A stretch of 63,572 nt of DNA, filler included, from Octopus bimaculoides (taxonomy: Eukaryota): the NCBI RefSeq assembly GCF_001194135.2. It is 4 parts of 4 records of this genome, joined end to end, with 100 filler letters (N's around TTAATTAATTAA, not from the genome) between each part and the next. Parts side by side here need not be neighbours in the genome. Positions count along the whole stretch, not along the records: positions 1 to 29,158 come from NC_069009.1; positions 29,259 to 59,522 come from NC_068994.1; 2 more parts are not named here. One strand, 5' to 3'. The translations under genes and the position numbers were made by a program. Shown piece after piece: positions 22,810 to 34,242 of this stretch. The notes below the pieces were generated by a model, which made no database searches, had not been told where the DNA came from, and worked only from the letters and a program-made list of their open reading frames with translations. The stretch's first letter is position 1. Each line of letters begins with the position of its first letter.

Positions 22810-22970
22810 CATATATATGACGGTCTTCTTTCAGTTTCCGTCTACCAAATCCACTCACAAGGCTTTGGTCGGCCCGAGGCTATAGAAGACACTTGCCCAA
22901 GGTGCCACGCAGTGGGACTGAACCCGGAACCATGTGGTTGGTAAGCAAGCTACTTACCACACAGCCACTC
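22810..22970 (-). mobile_element. SINE family A head and central region
   Basis: CTTCTTTCAGTTTCCGTCTACCAAATCC...GGGACTGAACCCGGAACC...CCACACAGCCACTC. Confidence 0.9.
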
Positions 22971-23259
22971 ATGTGCATTATATTCTATTCATCTTTTCCA
23001 TTCATTTTGTGTTTTTGTCCCCTCTGTGTAAGGCCTTCATGGCTGATTTCATGAAATAAAGAAACTTGCTTCCGGTTTGACGACATCACTTGTTTATTTT
23101 TTCTGTGTGTTGTGAGTTATCATTTTTGTTGTTGAAACTGTGATTTGTTGTAAATTATTGTTGAAAATTGTTATTTTGAATTGTTGCTTGTTTGCAGGCA
23201 TTGTGGTGAATAACTGGTGGTGATTTGCTCTAAAAAGAGTCATACATTTTGAGCCCATT

Positions 23260-23810
23260 AGATTTAGCTGTCAGCTAAGTTTAGATAAGGCTAGGATAGA
23301 AGGGAACCTGCTTAAGGCTTCAGAAGAGGCGTTGAGATTGGGCTCTGCATCCCAAATTTTGGCAGTGAGAACGACCTTGGACCGTCACCTCAAAGCCAAA
23401 CATGAGGGGTGCAGGGTTCGGGCTAAAGTATGTGCATTGGGTTGCAAGGGAATTAATATTTCCAGGTGGGCCCATTCGGTAGAGACCCAGCATGGCAACG
23501 ATGCCATAATTAGTTCTTTGATTGACAAAAATGGACGTTTGGTCAAAGGACAGGATGAGATGTGAGGCACTTTACAAACAATTTGCCGAGTTGTTCGGGA
23601 GGGGTGGGAAGCTAGACCATGGTGAGGCCCTATGGGACTTCCTGGCTGGTGGCCCACGTCTCTTGGTATGAGGGGCTGATCACAGCTGCGGAGGTGATTG
23701 AGGTGCTATCTGAGTACTCCGGGGACAAGTTTTAATGGTCTTGATGGTCTACCCTATGAGTTTTACAAAAGTATGCCAGACTTGTTCTGGCACCTACTGG
23801 CCAGGTTGAA
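23260..23810 (+). mobile_element. L1/Tx1-clade LINE ORF2 fragment, degenerate
   Basis: EGCRVRAK...ISSLIDKNG and GLDGLPYEFY (KSPGxDG-type region ahead of RT), with stops and shifts. Confidence 0.65.
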
Positions 23811-24329
23811 TTTAATATAAATAATGTTTAAAAACTAGTTCAAATTGCTATTTTGCTGTTTACACATAAACTTGTGTAGGTTGAACTCTGTAAAACACCA
23901 GTGATAGAAACTTTTGTTATTTCTTATGATAAATCCATCTAATAGGAAAATTCTTCATAGACATTTAAAATACTAGTCTTGTTCCCCATTTTACTATGTA
24001 AGGACCATGCGATCAGGAGATGGTGACGAGGAATGGCTCCTTTAGTACATCGTGCGATCAATACAAAAAAAAAATATATATGAGAATAGGATAAATGAGT
24101 ATAAATGCCAAAAGGAAAAGAGACAACCGGTTTGGAAAATTTTATTGATATAACATGTCTGTGTGTGTGTGAGTGTGACGTATCATCATCATCATCATCA
24201 TCATCGTTAGACAGGCTGTCATGTATACAAATGTGTGTGTGAGAAATAGAGTAGAGAGAGTCTATCAGGATGTTAAAAGAAAGTCGTATTCAAGGTACAC
24301 AGTTTTGGCTTCCATTAGTGACTAATCAA

Positions 24330-24792
24330 TCAGATATTGCAGTGACCATAATGACTCTCCATTATGAATAAGTTTGGGTCAGATATTGCAGTGATAGGGC
24401 TTTTATCCTGTATGAATGTGCTTGTGTTTACTCAAACTTTGAGAGAATGATTTATCACAGTGATATGGTTTCTCAACTGCATGGAGACCGTCGTGTTGGG
24501 TTAAGCAACGGACATTAGACAGTGCTTTACCACACACATCACACAAGTAACATTGATCTCCTGTATGAGAATTTTTATGAGAAGTTAGAGAAGTCTTACC
24601 ACAGATATCACAAGGATATGACTTTTTTTCCTGTATGAGTGCATTTGTGTATAGTTAAATCATTGAGAGAATGATTTCTCAGATATCCCAGTGATATGGC
24701 TTCCCTCCCGTATGAATAAGTTTATGTTTAGTTAAGTCACCATTTTCAGAGAATGGCCCATTAGAAATTGCTGTGATATTAACATTGATTTT
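24330..24792 (-). pseudogene. Decayed C2H2 finger array continuing beyond the ZNF-B stop
   Basis: Minus-strand remnants HTGGKPYHWDI*, KSYPCDICGK, LCDVCGKALSNVRCLTQHDGLHAVEKPYHC, HTG*KPYHCNI*. Confidence 0.88.
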
Positions 24793-26277
24793 TTACCCTG
24801 TATGAACACGTTTGTGTACAGTTAAGCCACTACGCTGAGAGAATGATTTATCACAAATATCACAATGATATTGTTTCTCAACTGCATGCAGATCCTTGTG
24901 ATGGGATAAGCAAAGGGCATTGGACAACGATTTACCACACACATCACACAGGTGTTTGTCTTTTGTGTGAGTATGCTTATGATAATTCAGAATTTTTCTA
25001 TTGGAGAAAAACTTGCCACAGACGTTACAATGATATGGTTTCTCACCAGTATGAACACGTATGTGTATAGTTAAACTGCTTCTATCAAAGAAGGATTTAC
25101 CACAGACATCACAGTGATATGGTTTTTCTCCTGTATGAATATATTTGTGCTTAATCAGGTGACTTCCTTCATAAAAAGATTCCCCACAGATATTGCAATC
25201 ATATGGTTTTTCTCCTGTGTGAATACGTTTGTGTTTATTTAGATAAAATTGTTGAGAGAAGGATTTACCACAGATATCACAATGATATGGCTTCTCTCCT
25301 GTATGAGTGTATTTGTGCCTTCTTAAGTCACTACTTTGAGAGAAGGATTTACCACAGATATCACAATGATATGGTTTCTCTTCTGTATGAGTATATTTGT
25401 GTCTACTTAAGTCACATCTTTGAAAGAATGATTTACCACAGATATCACAATGATATGGCTTCTCACCTGTATGAGTACGTTTGTGTTTAGTTAACTGCTC
25501 ATTTTGAAAGAATGATTTACCACAGATATCACAGTGATATGGCTTCTCTCCTGTATGAATATATTTGTGTTTAGTTAAACAAAATTTCTGAGAGAAAGAT
25601 TTCTCACAGATGTCACATTGATAAGGCTTCTCTCCTGTATGGACATATTTGTGTCTTTTTAAGTCATTACTTTTAAAGAATGATTTACCACAGATATCAC
25701 AGTGATGTTGTTTCTCTCCTGCACGAATGTGCATGCATTTAGCAAAACTGTCACCGCTGGAGAACGGTTTATCAGAAAATGAATTTTCCATTGTATGAAT
25801 AAGTTTATGTCGAGTTAAGGAACTATTAACAGCAAATGATTTATCACAGACATCACAGACATATGGCTTTTCCCCTGTATGAATGCGTATGTGGTAAGTT
25901 AATTTATCACTTTGATAAAATGATTTACCACAGACATCACAGTGATATGGCTTCTCTCCTGTATGAATGGCTTTGTGTTTAGCTAAGGCACCATTGTGAG
26001 AGAATGATTTACCACAGATATCACAGTGATATGGTTTCTCTCCTGTATGAACGGATTTATGCTTAGACAAGTTGCTACTGTGAGAGAATGATTTACCACA
26101 GATATCACAGCGATATGGTTTTTCCCCTGTATGTACAACTTTATGTTTCGTTAGGCTGCTACTTGTAGAAAATGATTTACCACAGATATCACAATGGTAT
26201 GATTTTCTACCTTTCTCATTCTTTACATCATCAGAAAAGTCAATCTTCTGTATTTCACATTTAACCTCGTTCTCCAT
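24793..26277 (-). CDS. C2H2 zinc-finger protein ZNF-B, 16 intact fingers plus 1 degenerate, 494 aa
   Basis: ATG at 26277, short [11 protein letters not shown] leader, [10 protein letters not shown]...HTGEKP repeats. Confidence 0.96.
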   Translation of the reverse strand: MENEVKCEIQKIDFSDDVKNEKGRKSYHCDICGKSFSTSSSLTKHKVVHTGEKPYRCDICGKSFSHSSNLSKHKSVHTGEKPYHCDICGKSFSHNGALAKHKAIHTGEKPYHCDVCGKSFYQSDKLTYHIRIHTGEKPYVCDVCDKSFAVNSSLTRHKLIHTMENSFSDKPFSSGDSFAKCMHIRAGEKQHHCDICGKSFFKSNDLKRHKYVHTGEKPYQCDICEKSFSQKFCLTKHKYIHTGEKPYHCDICGKSFFQNEQLTKHKRTHTGEKPYHCDICGKSFFQRCDLSRHKYTHTEEKPYHCDICGKSFSQSSDLRRHKYTHTGEKPYHCDICGKSFSQQFYLNKHKRIHTGEKPYDCNICGESFYEGSHLIKHKYIHTGEKPYHCDVCGKSFFDRSSLTIHIRVHTGEKPYHCNVCGKFFSNRKILNYHKHTHTKDKHLCDVCGKSLSNALCLSHHKDLHAVEKQYHCDICDKSFSQRSGLTVHKRVHTG

Positions 26278-26904
26278 AATTTTCCTTTTCCTACAACAAT
26301 ATACAAACGATTCTCTTTTTGGTTTTATATTTTATTCCTCCCAAATATTCTTGATATTATATCTCCCTCAACTGTGACCTTTGGTGATATCAGAAGATGC
26401 TGCAAACTCTTTTATAAATTCTTCCAACTTCAAAATAAGTATGTGAAATGATTTTGTATATATTATATGAAATGGAAAAGAAAAATTAGACTCCAAAATC
26501 AGTTTGTAAACTTTTCAGGAATTGAAGAAGACAAATGCTGATATTCATCTCAGTTCTAAAGAGATATTAGCAGGAATTCACCATGGATTTATATAAGCAG
26601 TGTTGTTAGATATGCTCTCTATAAACATTTTCCTTTAGTCTTTCAAAGATGATTAATATTGACAAGGTATCTGATGGAAACAGTTCTTTGCTGTTTCTGA
26701 TATTCTGAAACGATAGAGAAACAAGAATATAAGAATATTGAGGATACTTAGAATGCAGAGATACAACAGGGGAAATTTTACAACACATCTAAGAAGAAAA
26801 ACTGAAGATGTAAAGATATCACTAGAATAATTGATCTTATTCTGTTTCTTTCCATTTTGAAAATATGCAGAAGTGTGGTTAGAAGCTTGCTTCCTAACCA
26901 CATG

Positions 26905-27335
26905 GTTCCAAACGGCATAGATTACGATGATTAGGAAATTTTTTTCCGAGGAGTTTCGGATCAGGTAGACCAAATAAATTGGAACTACGTTTTGACTACA
27001 GCCTTCGAAATGATTGGGGTAGGTGGGGAGAAGGATTCATCTTTTTATGAAAAACAAGGTTTTCGAAACTCCTCTCCCTACCCGCTCGGAAATGGATTTG
27101 CCCCCACAAATTTCTTTATAATTGTAATCTATGCCATTTAAGAGGTATTTCAGTAAAAGATATATATTTTCCAGAAAATAATGAGGGCAAAAATGTAGGA
27201 TCGAGTGAATTTTCCGAAACTCCCCTCTTCACCCACTCGGAAAAATTCTTTCACATATATACTCCGAATCTACAGCATCTAAGCAGTATTTGTTGAATTT
27301 TCGTTAAAAAAATATCAGAGTCGAGTGGGGTATAC
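26905..27335. mobile_element. Non-autonomous DNA element related to 19736-20017, in ZNF-B intron 1
   Basis: Minus strand GTATACCCCACTCG and TTTTTGCCCTCATTATTTTCTGGAAAATATATATCTTTTACTGAAAT resemble the ZNF-A intronic element. Confidence 0.45.
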
Positions 27336-27445
27336 ATCTGTAACTATGCCCGATTTGTTATATATGTGTATCGTATACATACGTATTGTCGGCATTCTTT
27401 CGGCTTGCCGTGTTATATATGTAAATGTATATATATATATCTTAC

Positions 27446-27595
27446 CTGTTAATTGCTATATAAAACCAGTGTTTACAGTGAAATATCTTTAATTACATCA
27501 GGTGCCCTTGCAGCACCAGTGTGAGTCAGCTAGGAATAAAATGTGACAACAGAAATTTATAAAAATCGACTCGGAAACACAAAAGGCGAAATATT
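27446..27595 (-). other. Putative non-coding exon 1 of ZNF-B
   Basis: Donor CAG|GTAAG at 27446/27445; acceptor TTTCAG|AATATCAG at 26705/26704; predicted 741-bp intron. Confidence 0.6.
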
Positions 27596-28360
27596 TCTCT
27601 GTATATAAGCTGCTAGATGAATGCGTATATTTATAGTTTAAAAAAAGAAAAAACGTTTAGATGAAATATAGAAATACGCAGCTAAATTTATCAGGAATCT
27701 CTTAAGTTATACTTGAAATGTAAAATTAGCGGAATTCTGGTATTTTCAATGACTACTAGCCATTGTACTGTTTNNNNNNNNNNNNNNNNNNNNNNNNNNN
27801 NNNNNNNNNNNNNNNNNNNNNNNNNNNNNNNNNNNNNNNNNNNNNNNNNNNNNNNNNNNNNNNNNNNNNNNNNNNNNNNNNNNNNNNNNNNNNNNNNNNN
27901 NNNNNNNNNNNNNNNNNNNNNNNNNNNNNNNNNNNNNNNNNNNNNNNNNNNNNNNNNNNNNNNNNNNNNNNNNNNNNNNNNNNNNNNNNNNNNNNNNNNN
28001 NNNNNNNNNNNNNNNNNNNNNNNNNNNNNNNNNNNNNNNNNNNNNNNNNNNNNNNNNNNNNNNNNNNNNNNNNNNNNNNNNNNNNNNNNNNNNNNNNNNN
28101 NNNNNNNNNNNNNNNNNNNNNNNNNNNNNNNNNNNNNNNNNNNNNNNNNNNNNNNNNNNNNNNNNNNNNNNNNNNNNNNNNNNNNNNNNNNNNNNNNNNN
28201 NNNNNNNNNNNNNNNNNNNNNNNNNNNNNNNNNNNNNNNNNNNNNNNNNNNNNNNNNNNNNNNNNNNNNNNNNNNNNNNNNNNNNNNNNNNNNNNNNNNN
28301 NNNNNNNNNNNNNNNNNNNNNNNNNNNNNNNNNNNNNNNNNNNNNNNNNNNNNNNNNNNN

Positions 28361-28605
28361 ATGGTGGCGAACCCTGCTGTACTCTCACCACAACTTTCTC
28401 TCACTCTTACTTCCTGTTTCTGTTGTGCCTGTAATTCAAAGGGTCAGCCTTGTCACACTGTGTCACGCTGAATCTCCCCGAGAACTACGTTAAGGGTACA
28501 TGTGTCTGTGGAGTGCTCAGCCACTTGCACGTTAATTTCACGAGCAGGCTGTTCCGTTGATCGAATCAACTGTAACCCTCGTCGTCGTAACCGACGGAGT
28601 GCCAA
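28361..28605 (+). mobile_element. SINE family C, 3' half
   Basis: TGTCACGCTGAATCTCCCCGAGAACTACGTTAAGGGTACA...CGTCGTAACCGACGGAGTGCC. Confidence 0.85.
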
Positions 28606-29949
28606 CCGAATGTTCTAATAAAGAAACTACTACAAATAAAAATAAATATTTGATTATCCAGTTAGATCGATCTATCATTTAGTCGTGTAAGATTATTGCC
28701 TTCCTCACATGTAACTATGTTGGCTGCCATGCGTCGATATACAAACCATTAGATTGCCTTCACAATGTTGTTCGTTGCTGGGTATAGTACGTTAGAACGG
28801 TATATCCTAGCTTGCTATTTTTGAAATAAATCATTACAAGAAGATAGAGATCTGTTGGGTTGTCACTGTGGTCACTTCCGATGTAGTTTCCCCTTTTAAA
28901 AACCCCAAACAGCGTCAACTACTAAGTGCAGTTTTTGTGGGTTTCAGTTTTAACTTTTCTCTAACTGCAGGAATCCACCAGAAATTAGGTAAAATATGAA
29001 GACTTTGGCGGAATTGTGTTTTAACCAAAATTATAACCCCCCCCCCCCATAACTTTTCTATTCCTTGAAATTTTCACACACGCGAATTCATACGATTAAA
29101 CATTTATAAAAAAGGATGTTTAAACTGGGTGTAAAATCAGTAATGACTAACTGTATTGNNNNNNNNNNNNNNNNNNNNNNNNNNNNNNNNNNNNNNNNNN
29201 NNTTAATTAATTAANNNNNNNNNNNNNNNNNNNNNNNNNNNNNNNNNNNNNNNNNNNNTTATTATTATTATTATTATTCTCATTCGTCTGGACGTTTTTT
29301 TCTATCCTTCCCTTTTTCCTATGAAACTGTTTACAACGAAGTGAAGAAAAACTTCGAAAGTTTGGCAACGTGATTCCAATGTTTTTTTTTTTTTTTCTTT
29401 TCTTTTGTCTTATATTTTCTTTTCCAATGTTGGAATTAAGCGTAACAGTGCGTTCTGCGAAAATTCGGTACATTTAGTGCAATTTTCAATAACGTATACG
29501 AAGGAGAGAAAAGTTGAAAGTGAAAGAGAGGTAGAGGGATAACGAGAGGGTAAGAGAGAGAAATAGAAAGAGAGAGAGGGAGAGAGAAGGGAAGAGAGCG
29601 GGGAGGGAAACAGTGTGTGTATGTTTTGAAGAATGGAGAGTAACAGTAAGACACCGCAGATGAGAGAGAGGAGGAAAGTGTAACACGTCAGTTAAGTGAC
29701 AAAGAGGGTGTGTGTACGTGAGAGAGAGGGGGAGAAATAGGGTGGGAGAGAGGGGGAGAAATAGGGTGGGAGAGAGGGGGAGAAAGAGAAGGAAAAAGAG
29801 AGAGTGTGTGTGTGTGTAATGTGTTTTATGAGAGTGGGAAACGAGAGAGAAAGACAGAAGAGCAATACTATGCCAGTGAGAAAAAACTTTTAGAACCGAT
29901 GAGAAAAATGGAGGAAGAGGCAGCCTTAGCAATGGACATAGAATGGAGT

Positions 29950-29970
29950 AGTGGAAGCGTGTACGTACAT

Positions 29971-30027
<57 letters not shown>

Positions 30028-30059
30028 GAAGAGAGAGGAAGAGAGAGAGAGTTAGACAG

Positions 30060-30092
<33 letters not shown>

Positions 30093-30095
30093 CAA

Positions 30096-30150
<55 letters not shown>

Positions 30151-30200
30151 CAGATATATATGGTGAAAGATAGATAGGTAGACAGATAGATAGACAGACA

Positions 30201-30266
<66 letters not shown>

Positions 30267-30448
30267 TATGTATATATATACACACAAACAATTATATATA
30301 TATGCAGAGAGAGAGAGAGAGAGAGAGAAAGAGATATTGTTAGATAAACAGACAGATAGATAGATAGATGAGTATGAGAGAAAGATTGAGAAAAAGAGAG
30401 ATTGAGGGAGAGAGAGAGACAGAGACAGAGAAAGATAAAAAGAGAAAT

Positions 30449-30483
<35 letters not shown>

Positions 30484-30500
30484 CAAAGAGAGTGAGAGAG
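29950..30500. repeat. Compound microsatellite block (AGAT, AG, TA, TG)n
   Basis: Direct reading. Confidence 0.95.
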
Positions 30501-30774
30501 ATAGAGAGAAATGTGTGAATGAGGCAGGGCAAAAGACTGGATTGGATGGTGTACGAAGATAACAAAGAGATGTGTGTGAACGCAAACGTACTTCCATAGA
30601 AACATGTTCTTCTTACGCTAATGAAGCATAGTTGACATACGCCACATGTACTTCCGGTGGCAATGCAAGGTTGCTTTCCGTGAAGTTTGCAATGCCTTTC
30701 GACGATGAAGATGACGACGACAATGCGTGGCGGCGTTGGTGGCTGTGGTAACATCAATGGCGGCTGCGGTAACC

Positions 30775-30849
30775 ATCACCACTTGCTCCACCTCCACCAC
30801 CACCACCACCACCACCACCACCACCACCACCACCACCACCACCACCACC

Positions 30850-30944
<95 letters not shown>

Positions 30945-30965
30945 GACTGCGACTGCTGCTGCAGT
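30775..30965. repeat. Compound trinucleotide (CAC)n(TAC)n(TGC)n
   Basis: Direct reading. Confidence 0.95.
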
Positions 30966-31339
30966 TGCTGCTTCTGTTGGGGTCATCACCATCAAAACCA
31001 CCACCAGCACCGACATCGCATTCGCCATCATGGTGGCTTTTGCATCGTCGCTTGTTCTATTAAAAGACAGCAGACAAAATCTGCCTCGAATCACATCTTC
31101 GAGCGTGAAAGACAAAAAAAAAAGAAAAAGAAAAAGAAAAAGGCAGAATGGACAATCTAGTGTTCGATGTACAACTGACGTGTTGGCCATGACTGGAATG
31201 TCCTCCATCCTAGATGTGAATGAGGACTGACTTGAAACTGCACAATCACTACTGTTGTCACTTCTACCGCTACTAACAATCATCACGTGATCACGGGATC
31301 GACCAGTTTATAAGATGTTATTATAGGTCGCTGGTCACA

Positions 31340-31588
31340 GTGAGGTTCACATTTTGCTTTTGAAAGATGCCCCCCAGCTGGCTGGGTGGACAGGCAGACA
31401 GGCTAACATTAGTCTGATCTGAAGGCTATTCTGCCACAGGGTTACCCTTTTACAAGTAAGTGGCTTGGAGCAATGTGAAATGAAGTGTCTTGCTAAAGGA
31501 CGTAACACGCATCCGGTCTAGCGATCGAAACCACGATCTTACGATCGGGATTGTCGCAAGCCTAACCACTAGGCCACGCGCCTTCACA
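31340..31588 (-). mobile_element. tRNA-derived SINE family D
   Basis: Minus strand GTGAAGGCGCGTGGCCTAGTGGTTAGG...GGTTTCGATCGC...TCCTTTAGCAAGACACTT; related copy at 51330-51440 (+). Confidence 0.7.
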
Positions 31589-31844
31589 CAAAATTTGGCG
31601 CAAGGTCCGCAATCTTGAGGAGAGGGTGAAAGTCAATTGCGTTGACCCTTGTAATTGACCAGTACTTACCCGCACCAGCACCATTACCACGAAACACTAA
31701 AGGACAAAGTTGACCTTGGTTGTATTTGAACTCAGACTGTAGGGATCGGTGATACATTTTGTCCCAAGTTCTAAGGATTCTGCCAGACTACTACCCGTTT
31801 CAAATTTAGACAGAAATCTAAAAGTTATGAAAGGAGAGAGTCAG

Positions 31845-32040
31845 TCGACAGCATCAATACGCCGGGCGAAATGCTTAGCTGTGTTTCGTCTGTCTTTACG
31901 TTCTGACTTCAAATTCCGCCAAGGTCAACTTTGCCTTTCATCGTTTCGAGGTCAATAAGTACCATTTGCATACTGAGGTCGATATAATCGACTGTCCCTC
32001 TCCCACAAAATTTCGGGCCTTGTGCTTTGAGTAGAAAAGA
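31845..32040 (+). mobile_element. SINE family B
   Basis: ACGCCGGGCGAAATGCTTAGC...TTCAAATTCCGCCAAGGTCAACTTTGCCTTTCATC...GGCCTTGTGC. Confidence 0.85.
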
Positions 32041-32104
32041 ATATTATATGTATGTATTTGTATACACACACGCATTTCAACATGCGGAGCTAGTAATCCA
32101 GACA

Positions 32105-32149
<45 letters not shown>

Positions 32150-32154
<5 letters not shown>

Positions 32155-32310
32155 CTAATCTCTCCGTTTTCCCCCTCATCCCTTTCTGTCGAAGAGCGTA
32201 GGTTCGAAACGTCAATGTCTTTTTCCATTTACTCAAGTGTCAAACTAATACACCTTATTGTTCCGTCGCCTGTCTCTGTGTTTTGTTTTCTGTACATTTG
32301 AACCATATAT
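32150..32310 (+). mobile_element. Short repeat family F with minimal hammerhead-like motif (32182-32217)
   Basis: CTTT-CTGTCGAA-GAGC-GTAG-GTTC-GAA-ACGT-C-AATG; homologous copy at 59631-59800 (-). Confidence 0.55.
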
Positions 32311-33179
32311 ATACACATACAAATATTTACATCGTGGAAATGTAATATATAATACGGTATGTGTGTGTGTGTGCGTATACAGTACGTTTAACGCTGAGAC
32401 ATTACAATGTTTATTTATCAAATGCAACGCCAATGTTATAAGCCGACCATACTAACCAGAATAAAAGAAATCAAATTTCATTTCTGTTTCCTTGTTTGTT
32501 TGAACTGTCTTTGTTTATTTAAGGTAGTTTTGTCAGCCGTTAATACACAGTTGTTGCAATGACTTAAAAAGAAACGAAGGGGCGTAACCGTGTAACACTT
32601 GTTGACAATGAATTAAGAATATATGAAACAAATTTGTAGAAAATACTTGTAGACAAATGAAAGGCGTTAAGTGTGAGAAAATGTCAAGTAATTTTACTTT
32701 GTAAGTTATTGTTTGAATAGCTTAACAATTGAAATATTTAACAGGAAAATAACGTTGCAATTTTTGAGATGTTAAGATAAAGATGGGAAGGAAGAAATAG
32801 CAGAGTAACAACTTGTATCAATACAGGAAGTGTAGAGCAAAACGATGGCGCTAACGTTGTTTGTAAAAGGAAACAAAAATGGTTAAAATAACGGGAAGAA
32901 GGACAACAAGAATAACAAGAGCAACAAATATAACAACGATAAAAAGTATGAAGGAACCGAAGAAAAGGCTTGCACAAGATCGGTTGGTCTGCTGTAAGTA
33001 ACAATCACATCACCGTGATCTTCAAACGGTGTACATGTTAAGAATGACGATGATGATAATGATGAGAGATGATGGCAATTTCTTTGCGTTCGTGGATCAT
33101 GGAGAAGCAGGGTAAGCCTTTAAGTGACTATGGAAAGCGATCTTTGAACAACAGGCCCTGGTGCATTGGGGGGGGGGGG

Positions 33180-33450
33180 TTCTTTTCTGCTGCATTTGCT
33201 CTGGTCCTCTCAGAATTGCTCACAGGAGTCTCGATATAATCTTGATATATTCGCGATGCAGTCACGATGCAGTCTGTCTTCCATCTACCACTGTTCTGCG
33301 ACTCACTCTCATCCTGGGGTACATAACGCTACCAGGGTAAGCTGGTTTTTCAAACACTTCTTGGGGTCTCCTTTGTCCCTTTTCCTCTGAGCTCACTCAC
33401 TTGCTGTAGAATGGGGCGTTCGACCATATTAGATTATACTGGACCTTAAA
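33180..33450 (-). mobile_element. RTE-clade LINE C-terminal fragment, degenerate
   Basis: GKRDKGDPKKCLKNQL-like tract resembles RTE GKRxxGxPxKxxKDxL; by eye only. Confidence 0.45.
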
Positions 33451-34205
33451 AATAACAAATAGACAAAATTTTCACATCTGCAATAGGTTTGGTTGATTCC
33501 CCGATCGATTAGAATTTAACTGGAGCTAAAACAAACGACAGCAGCAAAATTGTAAGAACAATGATAGCTAGAACAACAGAATCACACATAAATAGTAAAA
33601 GCAAATTATGTATATGTGCATTTATTGTATGTGTGTCTGTATATTGAAAGATATATGCTTGTATACCATAATAACTTTCCAGTAATTATCTTAACTCGGT
33701 ACTAAATGCTTGGAGTCCCTAGGTTTGACAGTGGCCTAATTAGTTCCTGAAAGAATGTTTTCATAGATACATACATACATATATATACATAATGTAAACA
33801 TACATGTACATAGATTCATATAATATAATATATATATATATATATATATATNNNNNNNNNNNNNNNNNNNNNNNNNNNNNNNNNNNNNNNNNNNNNNNNN
33901 NNNNNNNNNNNNNNNNNNNNNNNNNNNNNNNNNNNNNNNNNNNNNNNNNNNNNNNNNNNNNNNNNNNNNNNNNNNNNNNNNNNNNNNNNNNNNNNNNNNN
34001 NNNNNNNNNNNNNNNNNNNNNNNNNNNNNNNNNNNNNNNNNNNNNNNNNNNNNNNNNNNNNNNNNNNNNNNNNNNNNNNNNNNNNNNNNNNNNNNNNNNN
34101 NNNNNNNNNNNNNNNNNNNNNNNNNNNNNNNNNNNNNNNNNNNATATATATATGTATATATATATATATACATACATATATATATATGCATATGTATATA
34201 CATAC

Positions 34206-34242
<37 letters not shown>

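Noticed and set aside
24843-25490. Plus-strand ORFs with repeated IYHRYHNDM
   Set aside because: Antisense shadows of the ZNF-B repeats
24793-26200. Regular 84-bp repeats resembling a repeat-spacer (CRISPR-like) array
   Set aside because: They are C2H2 finger codons in an open ORF; eukaryotic context, no cas genes
29203-29214. TTAATTAATTAA palindrome repeated at 59567 and 61646
   Set aside because: Always flanked by exactly 44 N on each side (100 bp total) and gives stops in six frames: an assembly linker
29486-31286. Long ORFs (423, 245, 222 aa; poly-His/Tyr/Cys/Thr)
   Set aside because: Translations of microsatellites lacking stops
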